Shown in pieces: positions 20,360 to 29,838 of a stretch of 64,000 nucleotides of DNA. The DNA is from Candidatus Marinacidobacterales bacterium (lineage in GTDB: Bacteria; Acidobacteriota; Vicinamibacteria; Marinacidobacterales; SMYC01): contig OZ250169.1 in the NCBI GenBank assembly GCA_965237955.1, positions 2,720,001-2,784,000 of the forward strand, written 5' to 3'. Position 1 is the first letter of the stretch. Every line of letters starts with the position of its first letter. A model generated the notes under the pieces. The model was not told the DNA's origin and searched no databases. It saw nothing but the letters and a program-made list of their open reading frames with translations. Both the position numbers and the translations under genes were made by a program.

Positions 20360-20399
20360 GTCTTCATTAACCCTGCGTTATAATAAATGCTAGAGATCC

Positions 20400-22343
20400 A
20401 TGAAGCATTCCGCTCTCGTCGTTCTTTTCGGGCTGTTTACGGCCGCGACTCTTGCAACGGCTCAGGAAGTCGGCTCGGCCACCGAGACCAAGGCGGAGGC
20501 CTACTACTATTTCTGCCTTGGGCAGTGGTACGGGAACGAGAGAAACAGGCAGATGAGCGTCGAGGACGCCATTGAGAACTACCACCGGGCCTCGGAGCTC
20601 GATCCTGAGGCCGGCTATCCTCACGTCGCCCTGGCCGAGCTCTACGATCGGCTGCGACAGACGGAGAGAGCACTTGAACGTGCGAAGCGAGCTGTCGAGC
20701 TCGATCCGAACATCGCCGCGGCACATCGTGTTCTCGGACGAACCTACTTTGCGATGCTTCGAAGCGGCGCGGCGGGAGAAGTCGAACAGCTCGCCGTGGA
20801 CGCGTTCAAAGAGACGGTTCGCCTCGACCCCGGCGATGTGGAGAGCCGCAGCAGTCTCGCCCGCCTGTTGATCGCGACCGCAAGAGCCGACGAGGCCACG
20901 GAACATCTCGAGGAGATCGTCCGCCTCGTGCCGACGGCGTACTCCGAGATGTACTTCCTCGCTCAAGTGCGGCGCGGTCAGGGCGACACCGAAGCGGCGA
21001 TACGTTTGTTGAAGCAGTCGCTTGCGGTCGAGCCGCGACAGGCCGCTGCGCGCGAAATGCTCATCGATCTCTTGCAGGCGGAGCAACGTTTCGGCGAAGT
21101 GGCAGAGGTCTACCAAGGCGCGGTCGACATCGTGCCTGGCGATCTCGATTCGCGGGTCCGTTTGGCCAACGCTCTTGCGAACGACGGTCAGCTCGAGGGT
21201 GCTGCGAGAGAGTTTCAAGTCATCCTCGACGAAGACCCTGAAAACGTTATTGCTCTGGTCGGCCTCGGCATGGTCCGTCGAGACCTCATGGAGTTGGCGG
21301 AAGCGGAAGAGCTCCTCGATCAGGCGCTGGCTCTGGCGCCCGAGCACGTTCTCGCGCGCTACACCCTCGCCGGTGTTCATGAGCAAAAACGCGCGTTCGA
21401 GCAGGCCGCGAGCGAATGGAAGAAGCTTCTCGATCTGCCCGATAACAGCCCCGAAGCGTCGAATCGCAAGGCCGAGTACTGGGCGCATTTGGGATTTGCC
21501 CATGAGCAGCTCGGCGGTCACGACGAATCGGTCGAAGCGTTCCGGCAAGCCCGCGAGCTTTCGGGCGGTGACGAGCAGTTCGAGACCTTCTACATTCAAG
21601 GCCTCATTGCCGCTGACCGGCCGGACGAGGCCATCCGGGCGATCGATGACGCCCTCGAGGAAAACCCCGAGAGCGACCGGTTCAAAGTCTTGAAAGCCCG
21701 CGCCCTCGACTCTCGGGGCGATCACGACGAGGCCGTCGAGCTGGTTTTGGAGCTTTCCCGGCAATCGCCCGACGACGAGATGTTCGCGCAAGGTGTCATC
21801 GAGATTTACCAGGAGCAGAAGCGCTACGCCGACGCCGAAGCCTTCCTCCGCGGGCGTCTCAACCGTAGTGCCGACAGTGTCGCGTTCATGTTTCAGCTTG
21901 CTGCCGTGCTCGAACGTCAAAAGAAGTTCACCGAAGCGGAAGCTCTGTTCGAGAAGATCCTCGAGAAGGAGCCGGACAGCGCTGCGGCGCTCAACTACCT
22001 CGGTTACATGCTCGCCGACCAAGACCGCCGTTTGGAAGAGTCCCTCGAGCTGATTCAACGCGCCCTCGCTCAGGATCCTTACAACGGCGCCTACCTCGAT
22101 AGCTTGGGTTGGGTCTACTTCAAGATGGGCAAGCTCGATCTTGCCGAGGATAGCTTGCTCAAGGCCATCGGCAGTCTTCGCTTGACGGGCGTGGTCTACG
22201 ACCATCTGGGCGATCTGTACTTTCGAAAAGGCGATCGGGAACAGGCGGTCGAGTTTTGGAAAAAGGCTCTCGATCAGGACGACGACGAGCTGGAAAAAAA
22301 CGAGGTCGCCCAGAAGATCGAACGGGCCACAACGACTCCGTGA
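20400..22343 (+). CDS. Exported tetratricopeptide-repeat protein
   Basis: Signal peptide, many TPRs, C-terminal ALNYLGY...YLDSLGW; TATAAT at 20379. Confidence 0.92.
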   Translation: MKHSALVVLFGLFTAATLATAQEVGSATETKAEAYYYFCLGQWYGNERNRQMSVEDAIENYHRASELDPEAGYPHVALAELYDRLRQTERALERAKRAVELDPNIAAAHRVLGRTYFAMLRSGAAGEVEQLAVDAFKETVRLDPGDVESRSSLARLLIATARADEATEHLEEIVRLVPTAYSEMYFLAQVRRGQGDTEAAIRLLKQSLAVEPRQAAAREMLIDLLQAEQRFGEVAEVYQGAVDIVPGDLDSRVRLANALANDGQLEGAAREFQVILDEDPENVIALVGLGMVRRDLMELAEAEELLDQALALAPEHVLARYTLAGVHEQKRAFEQAASEWKKLLDLPDNSPEASNRKAEYWAHLGFAHEQLGGHDESVEAFRQARELSGGDEQFETFYIQGLIAADRPDEAIRAIDDALEENPESDRFKVLKARALDSRGDHDEAVELVLELSRQSPDDEMFAQGVIEIYQEQKRYADAEAFLRGRLNRSADSVAFMFQLAAVLERQKKFTEAEALFEKILEKEPDSAAALNYLGYMLADQDRRLEESLELIQRALAQDPYNGAYLDSLGWVYFKMGKLDLAEDSLLKAIGSLRLTGVVYDHLGDLYFRKGDREQAVEFWKKALDQDDDELEKNEVAQKIERATTTP

Positions 22344-23137
22344 TCGCGCGACGGCTAGCTCTCGTCGTCGCCGCCGTTTCTTACTTGTCGCTCGGGAGTT
22401 GCAAGCGAAACGTCCGCGACTTGCCTCCTCCCATCCCGGTGGAAATAGACGCGGTTCGCGCGAGCCTCGAAGCGCTCGCTGCCGAAGGCGCCGCCGTTCG
22501 ACGTTATCAGGGCTTCGTCCGCATTCGTGGCAGGGGACCCGACGGCGGCTTTAGTGGCAGGCTCGTCGTCGTGTTCGAGCGTCCCGAACATCTACGGGTG
22601 GACCTTTTGGGCGCGTTCGGTTCGACGCGGTGGAGTGCTGTCGCAACCGACGCGGGGATTACCGTCGTGTTTCCTGGCCCGCGACAATACGTCGAGGAAG
22701 ACGACACCGCCGACATCGTCGGGCGTCTCCTCGGAGTCCGTCTCAGCGCGCGCGAAATGATGGCACTGCTCGCCGGAGTGGGTACTCCCCTCGACGGGGA
22801 GCCGGTTATGGGCTTCCGGCAAGGGGCGATGACCGTGGTCTCGTTGAGCGATGGCGAGCGGGTCGAGCTCTCTGAAGATGGACAGATCGCGAGCGTACAG
22901 ACGGCGCGCTACCGCGTCGCCTATCCGTCTCCGTGGAAGCGCCGGCGCCGACACGTTCCCGATACGATTCGCCTCGAGACGGACACGCTCACGGCGACGC
23001 TCACGCCCGAAGACGTGGACATCAACATCCGACTCGATCCCGAAGCGTTCGTGGTCGAGATTCCTCTCGGTGCCGAGCGCCTGCGCCCATCGGACATCTC
23101 CGGCGAAGCGGTGTTCGTCGTGACCCCTAAGCCGTGA
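22340..23137 (+). CDS. Lipoprotein, LolB-like fold by position and composition
   Basis: GTG overlaps the TPR stop; lipobox LGSC; lies between the TPR gene and ispE as lolB does. Confidence 0.65.
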   Translation: MIARRLALVVAAVSYLSLGSCKRNVRDLPPPIPVEIDAVRASLEALAAEGAAVRRYQGFVRIRGRGPDGGFSGRLVVVFERPEHLRVDLLGAFGSTRWSAVATDAGITVVFPGPRQYVEEDDTADIVGRLLGVRLSAREMMALLAGVGTPLDGEPVMGFRQGAMTVVSLSDGERVELSEDGQIASVQTARYRVAYPSPWKRRRRHVPDTIRLETDTLTATLTPEDVDINIRLDPEAFVVEIPLGAERLRPSDISGEAVFVVTPKP

Positions 23138-24069
23138 AAAGCCCCACGATGAAGGCAAAAACGCAACTCGTCGCGCGCGCGTTCGCCAAGGTCAACCTCG
23201 GCCTCGAGGTCTTGGGAAAGCGAGACGACGGCTATCATGAGCTGCGTACGATTCTCCAGACGGTGGACCTCCACGATGAGCTGAGCTTTTGCCGTGAAAA
23301 CGAAGGCATCTCGCTCACCACGAACGACCCCGACATCGGGACGGGCCCGGAAAACCTGGTGTACCGTGCGGCGTCGCTTCTCGCTGCAAGCGCATCGTCA
23401 TCGGGACTCGGCGTGTCGATTCACCTCGAAAAAAACGTACCTCCCGGGCTGGGCCTCGGGGGCGGAAGCGCCGACGCGGCGGTCACGCTCTTGGCACTCG
23501 ATGAGTTGTGGGATTTGCACACGCCGGCACCGGACCTTCACCAGCTCGCCGCTTCGATCGGCATGGACGTGCCCTTTTTTCTCTATGGTGGGACCGCCCT
23601 CGTAGTAGGTCGTGGGGACGAGGTCTATCCCCTCGCGGTCGACGTCGACTGGCCAATCGTGTTGATTCTTCCGGACTTCTCCATATCGACCGCGTCGGCG
23701 TACGCCAGTTTGAGATTGACAAAGCGCCGATCGGGTTTTACACTCCAGCATTTCGTGTGGAGAAGTCCCTGCGTCCGGGACAGACTGGGCGAGCTGGTGA
23801 ATCATCTTGAGGGGGCGACGGGCTCACATACCGCGCAAATCCAGGAGTACAAGCAAGTACTTCTCGATCGAGGGGCGCTAGCCACGATGATGTCCGGCAG
23901 CGGGTCTGCTGTCTTCGGAGTCTTTCAGGACGAGCATTCGGCGCAATCGGTAGCGAACGCGTTGACTCGGGAAGGTCTCGAAGCCGTTGCGACCAGCACG
24001 CTGACTCGGCAAGCCTATCGGAAGAAGAGGCTTTCGGTTGGACCAGATGGACCAGATGGAGATGAGTAG
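23134..24069 (+). CDS. ispE: 4-diphosphocytidyl-2-C-methyl-D-erythritol kinase
   Basis: AKVNLGL, DGYHEL, GLGGGSADAA and MSGSGS motifs. Confidence 0.96.
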   Translation: MKSPTMKAKTQLVARAFAKVNLGLEVLGKRDDGYHELRTILQTVDLHDELSFCRENEGISLTTNDPDIGTGPENLVYRAASLLAASASSSGLGVSIHLEKNVPPGLGLGGGSADAAVTLLALDELWDLHTPAPDLHQLAASIGMDVPFFLYGGTALVVGRGDEVYPLAVDVDWPIVLILPDFSISTASAYASLRLTKRRSGFTLQHFVWRSPCVRDRLGELVNHLEGATGSHTAQIQEYKQVLLDRGALATMMSGSGSAVFGVFQDEHSAQSVANALTREGLEAVATSTLTRQAYRKKRLSVGPDGPDGDE

Positions 24070-24087
24070 CTCGAGAAGGAGAGCTCG

Positions 24088-24429
24088 ATGGATATCACCG
24101 AAGTGCGAGTTTTTCCCGTCGACGACGAGAAGTTGAAGGCCTTCGTCTCCATCATCCTGGACGACTGCTTTGTAATCAGCGACATCAAGATTATCCATGG
24201 GCCCAAAGGGCTGTTCGTTTCGATGCCGAGCAAGAAGCGCAAGGACGGCACGTTCCGCGATATCGCCCATCCTCTGGACAGCGATACCCGGCGACGGATG
24301 GAGGATCAAATTCTCACCCGCTATCGCACCGAAGTCTCGGACGGTAAGGAGATCGAATCCCGGGTCTTGTCGGAGGGAGCGGTTGCGCCCGAGGCCCCGC
24401 CACCGGCAGGTCCCAGCGGAGAGATCTAG
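24088..24429 (+). CDS. spoVG: SpoVG family nucleic-acid-binding protein
   Basis: [14 protein letters not shown] and FRDIAHP motifs. Confidence 0.95.
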   Translation: MDITEVRVFPVDDEKLKAFVSIILDDCFVISDIKIIHGPKGLFVSMPSKKRKDGTFRDIAHPLDSDTRRRMEDQILTRYRTEVSDGKEIESRVLSEGAVAPEAPPPAGPSGEI

Positions 24430-24487
24430 CGGGCTCGCGCTAGCCTGACCGAGATGGGTATCGGCATCCAGGATCGTTTACTCGTGT

Positions 24488-24562
24488 TGGGGCGTGGCCA
24501 AGCGGTAAGGCGCCGGACTTTGGATCCGGTATTCGAAGGTTCGAATCCTTCCGCCCCAGCCA
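24488..24562 (+). tRNA. tRNA-Gln (TTG)
   Basis: Cloverleaf TGGGGCG/CGCCCCA, anticodon loop CTTTGGA, CCA end. Confidence 0.95.
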
Positions 24563-24647
24563 TTGTGAACAGGTCCCGCAGTAAAAGGAAAACCGGTTTC
24601 CGGCGTGCGCGTAGTGTGCACTCGGTACGGGAGGACGCGAAGACAAT

Positions 24648-25589
24648 ATGGCTAGACCACTCAAACTGTTCGGTGGGAGCTGCAACCCTACGCTGACGGA
24701 AGAAATCGCGAAGAGTCTGGGCGTGCCGCTAGGGGAAGCGCAGCTGGGGCGTTTCGCCGATAGCGAAGTCGATTTCCAAATTACCGAGAACGTACGGGGC
24801 GCCGACGTCTTCGTCGTGCAGCCTACGGCGCCGCCGGTGAACGAGCATCTGGTCGAAATGCTCGTGATGATCGATGCGTTCAAGCGCGCGTCCGCCAGCA
24901 GGATTACTGCCGTCCTTCCTTACTACGGCTATGCACGCCAAGACCGTAAAGACCGCCCCAGGGTGCCGATCTCGGCGAAGCTCGTTGCGGATCTGTTGTC
25001 CAAAGCGGGCACCAACCGAGTCATCACCATGGACCTCCACGTGGGCCAGATCCAGGGATTTTTCGACATTCCGGTGGACCATCTTTTCGCCGCGCCGGTG
25101 ATACTGGACCACGTCTCGTCGATGAACCTCGCGCCGCTCGTCATCGTGTCTCCCGACGCGGGTGGCGTCGAGCGCGCGCGTGCGTACGCCAAACGGCTGA
25201 AGGTTGCGCTCGCAGTCATGGACAAACGACGTGGCGAGAATCACGAGATCGAGACGATTCACGTCATCGGTGAGGTGGCCGGCAAGACCACGCTCATCGT
25301 AGACGATATGGTTGATTCGGCTGGAACGCTCTTCAGGGCGGTGGACGCCCTTCTCGACGCGAAGGCGAAGCGGGTATTGGCGGCCTGCACCCACCCGGTG
25401 TTGTCGCCCCCCGCGATCGAGCGCATCAACGGCTCACCGATCGAAAAGGTCATCGTGTCGAACACCATCCCGCTACGCCCCGAAGCCGCGTCGTGCGACA
25501 AGATCGAAGTCCTGTCGGTAGCGAAAATCCTCGGCCAGGCAATCCAGAGCGTCCACGATGAGACGTCGGTGAGTAGTTTGTTTGTTTGA
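24648..25589 (+). CDS. prs: Ribose-phosphate pyrophosphokinase
   Basis: PYYGYARQDRK, VSPDAGG and VDDMVDSAGT motifs. Confidence 0.98.
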   Translation: MARPLKLFGGSCNPTLTEEIAKSLGVPLGEAQLGRFADSEVDFQITENVRGADVFVVQPTAPPVNEHLVEMLVMIDAFKRASASRITAVLPYYGYARQDRKDRPRVPISAKLVADLLSKAGTNRVITMDLHVGQIQGFFDIPVDHLFAAPVILDHVSSMNLAPLVIVSPDAGGVERARAYAKRLKVALAVMDKRRGENHEIETIHVIGEVAGKTTLIVDDMVDSAGTLFRAVDALLDAKAKRVLAACTHPVLSPPAIERINGSPIEKVIVSNTIPLRPEAASCDKIEVLSVAKILGQAIQSVHDETSVSSLFV

Positions 25590-25590
25590 A

Positions 25591-25740
25591 CCGGCCATCA
25601 GCCATCCGCCATCCGCCGTTGAACGCCCCGCCTCCGACCGTGGCGGCCTCGACTCGCAACGCTGTCGCTGCTCTCGAGCAAGTGAATATCTGTTTATGCC
25701 GACCTGCTGACGGCCGATGGCTGGCGGCTGGTGGCTGAAC
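25591..25740. repeat. Heptamer-armed palindromic element A4
   Basis: Arms plus an 83-bp core about 80% identical to the A3 core by manual alignment. Confidence 0.9.
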
Positions 25741-25793
25741 TGAGCTATACTCTCCGTTTGTCCCTAGCGGACGTCTAGAAAGGAAACCGTTCG

Positions 25794-26513
25794 ATGGCAT
25801 CCATGGTTGTGGAAGCGGAGCCGCGGTCGAGCTTCGGTAAAGGGCCGAACCGACGCCTTCGCGCCTCCGGCAAAGTTCCCGCGATCCTTTACGGTTCTGC
25901 AAAAGAGCCCGTGGCGCTCGCCGTGGACCCCGAGCAAGTCGTGAACATCATCCGCTCGCACGGTGGTGTCAATACGATCTTCGAGCTCACCATCAAAGGG
26001 GTCAAAGGGGCCAAGGGTTCCGAGAACGTCATGATCAGGGACTATCAGCTCGAGCCGGTGAACCATGACTTGCTCCACGCCGACCTGATCCGGGTCGCCA
26101 TGGACAAGGGAATGACTCTATCCGTGGCCATCGAGCTCACCGGTACCGCCGAGGGCGTCAAGACCGGTGGGGGGATGCTCGATTTCGTGACGCGGGCCGT
26201 GGATGTGTCGTGTCTCCCCAAGGACATCCCGGAAACGATCGTGGCCGACGTGACGGAATTGGATATCGGGGACTACATCAGGGTCTCGGACCTCGAGGTG
26301 CCCGAAGGAGTTACAGTTATCTCCGAGGGTAATGTGGTTCTCGCGCACGTCCTCGCACCGAAGGCGGAGGAAGTCGAACAGCCGACCGAGGAGGAGGTTG
26401 CGGCTGCAGTTGCTGCTGGCGAAAGCCCGGAGGGTGGCGACGCTACCGCCGGTGGAGAAAGCGCTGACGCGAGCAAGACCGAGGACTCCGAAGGAGGCCC
26501 GGCGAAAGGGTAA
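25794..26513 (+). CDS. rplY: 50S ribosomal protein L25/Ctc
   Basis: RRLRASGKVPAILYG and LLHADL motifs; acidic tail. Confidence 0.96.
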   Translation: MASMVVEAEPRSSFGKGPNRRLRASGKVPAILYGSAKEPVALAVDPEQVVNIIRSHGGVNTIFELTIKGVKGAKGSENVMIRDYQLEPVNHDLLHADLIRVAMDKGMTLSVAIELTGTAEGVKTGGGMLDFVTRAVDVSCLPKDIPETIVADVTELDIGDYIRVSDLEVPEGVTVISEGNVVLAHVLAPKAEEVEQPTEEEVAAAVAAGESPEGGDATAGGESADASKTEDSEGGPAKG

Positions 26514-26537
26514 CGCCTGGTTGAGCACGCCGCGACG

Positions 26538-27119
26538 TTGCGACTTCTAATAGGTCTGGGAAACCCCGGTCTGCGATACCGGGCAACGCGCCACAACGTC
26601 GGCTTCGATGCTCTGGATCGGATATTGAAGGTGAGTGGAGGCCGTTGGAACGCGTCCACGGGCGAGGCAGTTTCGGCTGAGATTGACCTTGACGGACAAG
26701 CGCTGACGTTATTGAAACCGTTGACATTTATGAATCTGAGTGGACGAGCCGTGGCCGATGCTTGCGAGGCGTCCTCGCTTCGACGGCGCGATGTCCTGGT
26801 GTTCTTGGATGACGTGGCACTTCCGGTCGGCACGTTACGATTGCGGGAGCGCGGAAGCGACGGGGGGCATAACGGTCTGGCCTCGGTCATCGATTGTCTC
26901 GGCGGAAACGACGTCCCGCGACTCAGGATCGGCATTCGTCCCGACGAGCTTCGGGACGATCTTGCGGATTTCGTGCTCTCGGCCTTCGACGACGAAGAGC
27001 TCCCGGTGATCGATGCCGCGCTCGATGACGTCGTCGAGGCGACCTGGGCGGTTTTGGCAGACGGCATGGCGAAGGCCATGTCCCGCTTCAACCGGCCACT
27101 CGAGAGCGAGCGACATTAA
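26538..27119 (+). CDS. pth: Peptidyl-tRNA hydrolase
   Basis: GLGNPG, TRHNVGF, KPLTFMNLSG and GGHNGL motifs. Confidence 0.97.
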   Translation: MRLLIGLGNPGLRYRATRHNVGFDALDRILKVSGGRWNASTGEAVSAEIDLDGQALTLLKPLTFMNLSGRAVADACEASSLRRRDVLVFLDDVALPVGTLRLRERGSDGGHNGLASVIDCLGGNDVPRLRIGIRPDELRDDLADFVLSAFDDEELPVIDAALDDVVEATWAVLADGMAKAMSRFNRPLESERH

Positions 27120-27129
27120 GGAGGAAGGC

Positions 27130-27609
27130 TTGCGTAGTTACGAGTTGATGTACATCCTCGATCCCAACCTCGACGAGGACGCTTCCGGCGCGCTCATGGG
27201 GAAGATCGAAGATCTGATGGCCAAGCAAGGGGTCGAAGTAGAAAAAACCGAGCCCTGGGGCAAGAGGCGGCTCGCCTACAGCATCAAGGGCCATAGGGAT
27301 GGCAACTACATCCTCAGCTACCTCAAGGCCGAGGCGACGGCGATCTCCGAAATGGAACGGCGTCTACGGGTCACCGACGGGATCCTGCGGTTCCTGACGG
27401 TGCGGATGGACGAGCAGCAAGCGAAGCTCGAGCGCCGCAACGTCCGGACTGCCGAGAAACGTCAGGCACGTCGGCAGCGTACAGCCGCGCGGAGAGCCTC
27501 GCAGCCGGAGGTCACGGCCGCTGGCCCGGCGGAGGTCAAGCCGGAGGTCACGGCCGCTAGCCCGGCGGAGGCGACCGCCGACAGTGACGATACCAACAAG
27601 GAGAGTTAG
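27130..27609 (+). CDS. rpsF: 30S ribosomal protein S6 with long C-terminal extension
   Basis: YELMYIL and WGKRRLAY motifs; TTG start after a GAGG SD. Confidence 0.95.
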   Translation: MRSYELMYILDPNLDEDASGALMGKIEDLMAKQGVEVEKTEPWGKRRLAYSIKGHRDGNYILSYLKAEATAISEMERRLRVTDGILRFLTVRMDEQQAKLERRNVRTAEKRQARRQRTAARRASQPEVTAAGPAEVKPEVTAASPAEATADSDDTNKES

Positions 27610-27614
27610 AGCTC

Positions 27615-27884
27615 ATGCAACAGAGACGATCGAGTGGAGGAGGCGGTGCCGGCGGACAGCGACGGGGCAAGCGGCGGTTCTATTACCGGCGCGCCAAAGT
27701 CAACCCGCTGTTGGACAAAGTCGACTACATCGACTGGAAGGATTTCCGGCTGCTTTCGAACTTCACCCCCGAACGCGCCAAGATCCTCCCGCGGCGGATC
27801 TCGAGAGCCGGTGCCCGCTCCCAGCGCATGTTGAAGACCGCGATCAAGCGTGCGCGGTACATGGCGCTCCTGCCGTACGCCTAG
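27615..27884 (+). CDS. rpsR: 30S ribosomal protein S18 (Cys-free form)
   Basis: [13 protein letters not shown] and [13 protein letters not shown] motifs. Confidence 0.95.
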   Translation: MQQRRSSGGGGAGGQRRGKRRFYYRRAKVNPLLDKVDYIDWKDFRLLSNFTPERAKILPRRISRAGARSQRMLKTAIKRARYMALLPYA

Positions 27885-27894
27885 GAGGTGTTCG

Positions 27895-28374
27895 ATGCGT
27901 TTGATCTTGCGTGAAGAAGTCGACCACCTGGGGCGCCGCGGCGATATCGTCAACGTGGCTAGAGGCTATGCCCGAAATTTCTTGCTCCCGAAGCGCCTGG
28001 CGATGGAGGTTAACGACGATAATCTTCGTCTAATAGATAAAGAGAAGAAGATCTACGAGGTGAGGCTCGCCCAGGAGAAAGGCGAGGCCGAGACTCTGGC
28101 CGTCTCGTTCGCCGGGGTGAAATTGACGTTCAAGCGAAAGGTCCACGGTGATGGCGAAGAGCTGTACGGATCGGTCTCGCCCACCGATGTGGCCGAAGCA
28201 CTCGAACAGAAGGGGCTCACCGTCGAAAAGCGCAAGATCGCGCTCAGCGAACCGGTCAAATCGCTCGGCGGTTACACGGCATCGATCAAGCTCCATCCCG
28301 AGGTGACGGCCAGCTTTCCTATTACCGTCGAGAAGGACGAAGAAGTAGAGAAGGAAGAGAAAGAAGAGACCTAG
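27895..28374 (+). CDS. rplI: 50S ribosomal protein L9
   Basis: GYARNFLLP and LYGSV motifs; SD AGGAGGT. Confidence 0.97.
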   Translation: MRLILREEVDHLGRRGDIVNVARGYARNFLLPKRLAMEVNDDNLRLIDKEKKIYEVRLAQEKGEAETLAVSFAGVKLTFKRKVHGDGEELYGSVSPTDVAEALEQKGLTVEKRKIALSEPVKSLGGYTASIKLHPEVTASFPITVEKDEEVEKEEKEET

Positions 28375-28377
28375 ATT

Positions 28378-29730
28378 TTGGCTCAGGAGAACACCGCTCT
28401 CGAACGGGCCCTGCCCCACAATCTCGAAGCCGAGCGGACTGTCCTTGGCGCGATTCTGATCGAGAACGAGGCGTTTCATAACGCCGCTGAAATCCTTACC
28501 GAGTCCGATTTCTATCGGAACGCCCACCGGAAGATTTTCTTGCGGATGCTCTCGCTGTCGGAGCGGGGCGATGCTATCGATCTCGTCACGCTCAAAGAGG
28601 AGATGACGCGCGCCGGCGAGCTCGAGCGCGCGGGAGGGGTGGCTTACCTGAGCTCGCTCGTGGAGGGTGTGCCGCGGGCGACGAACGTCACCTACTACTC
28701 CCGCATCGTGAAGGATAAGGCGGTACTGCGAAGTCTCATCTCGGCGGCGAATCGCATAAGCCAGGCGGCGTTCGACCAGCCCGACGAAACGCAAACTGTC
28801 CTCGACGAAGCCGAAAAGTCCATCTTCGAGATTGCCGAGGGCGCGATCCGTGTCGGGTTCGAGCCCGTTAGCTCGATCGTCAAGACGACGTTCAAGACTA
28901 TCGACGAGCTCTCGGAAAAAAAAGAGCTCATCACCGGCATCCCCACCGGGTTCGTCGAGTTCGACGAGTTGACTTCAGGGCTCCACTCGTCGGATCTCAT
29001 CATCGTGGCGGGACGGCCGGCGATGGGGAAAACCAGCTTCTGCATGAACATCGCCCAGTACGTCGGCCTCAAGACCGACAAAACCGTGGGTATCTTCAGC
29101 CTGGAGATGTCAAAAGAGCAGCTCGTGCTCCGCATGCTCTGCGGCGAGTCACGGGTCGATATGCACAAGCTGCGCTCTGGGTTCCTCTCCGAGAAGGACT
29201 GGGCTCGGCTCGTTCAAGGGGTGTCAGACCTGTCCCAGGCCCGTGTGTTCATCGACGACACTGCGTCGATCTCGGTCATGGAGATGCGCGCCAAAACGAG
29301 GCGGCTGAAGCTAGAGCACGGCCTCGACCTCGTCATCGTGGACTATCTGCAGCTGATGCAGGGTCGCGGCCGTTTCGACAATCGCACTCAGGAGATCAGC
29401 GCCATCAGCCGGTCGTTGAAAGGGCTCGCCAAGGAGCTGAACGTTCCCATCGTGGCGCTGTCCCAGCTATCGCGTGCCCCCGAAGCGCGAGGGGATCACC
29501 GGCCGCAACTATCCGACTTGCGGGAGTCCGGCGCACTCGAGCAGGATGCCGACGTCGTGGTATTCATTTTCCGGGACGAAGAGTACAACGCGACTCCCGA
29601 CAACCGGGGCATCGCCGAGCTCATTATCGGAAAGCAACGAAACGGACCCACCGGGAAATTCAAGATGGCTTTCATCAAGGAGTACACCCGCTTCGAGAAT
29701 CTGGAGTGGCGGCATGATGAAGTTATTTGA
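28378..29730 (+). CDS. dnaB: Replicative DNA helicase
   Basis: AGRPAMGKT, VDYLQLM and SDLRESGALEQDAD motifs; no intein. Confidence 0.98.
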   Translation: MAQENTALERALPHNLEAERTVLGAILIENEAFHNAAEILTESDFYRNAHRKIFLRMLSLSERGDAIDLVTLKEEMTRAGELERAGGVAYLSSLVEGVPRATNVTYYSRIVKDKAVLRSLISAANRISQAAFDQPDETQTVLDEAEKSIFEIAEGAIRVGFEPVSSIVKTTFKTIDELSEKKELITGIPTGFVEFDELTSGLHSSDLIIVAGRPAMGKTSFCMNIAQYVGLKTDKTVGIFSLEMSKEQLVLRMLCGESRVDMHKLRSGFLSEKDWARLVQGVSDLSQARVFIDDTASISVMEMRAKTRRLKLEHGLDLVIVDYLQLMQGRGRFDNRTQEISAISRSLKGLAKELNVPIVALSQLSRAPEARGDHRPQLSDLRESGALEQDADVVVFIFRDEEYNATPDNRGIAELIIGKQRNGPTGKFKMAFIKEYTRFENLEWRHDEVI

Positions 29731-29733
29731 GGC

Positions 29734-29786
29734 GTCATCGGCCGTCGGCCATCAGCCGACTGCTGTGACTGGCAGCTGACAGCTGG
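29734..29786. repeat. Short or degenerate heptamer array after dnaB
   Basis: GTCATCG GCCGTCG GCCATCA GCC...GCTGACAGCTG, directly followed by an extended -10 (TGgTATAAT). Confidence 0.65.
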
Positions 29787-29838
29787 TATAATTTCACTAC
29801 CTTAAGTTAATCCCTTTCCCGAGGCCTCATTTGTTTCG

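Noticed and set aside
20137-20367. Small ORFs with MADGRW/PSAISHQP translations (also near 8351, 17148, 25450, 53937)
   Set aside because: They are translations of the heptamer repeats; differences between cores are mostly non-synonymous.
24088-24429. spoVG in a diderm bacterium as a sporulation signal
   Set aside because: SpoVG is a general nucleic-acid-binding protein found near ispE/prs in many non-sporulating bacteria.
8424-25740. Heptamer elements as a CRISPR array
   Set aside because: Copies are dispersed and inverted, not tandem repeat-spacer units; the cores are homologous to each other; no cas genes are present.
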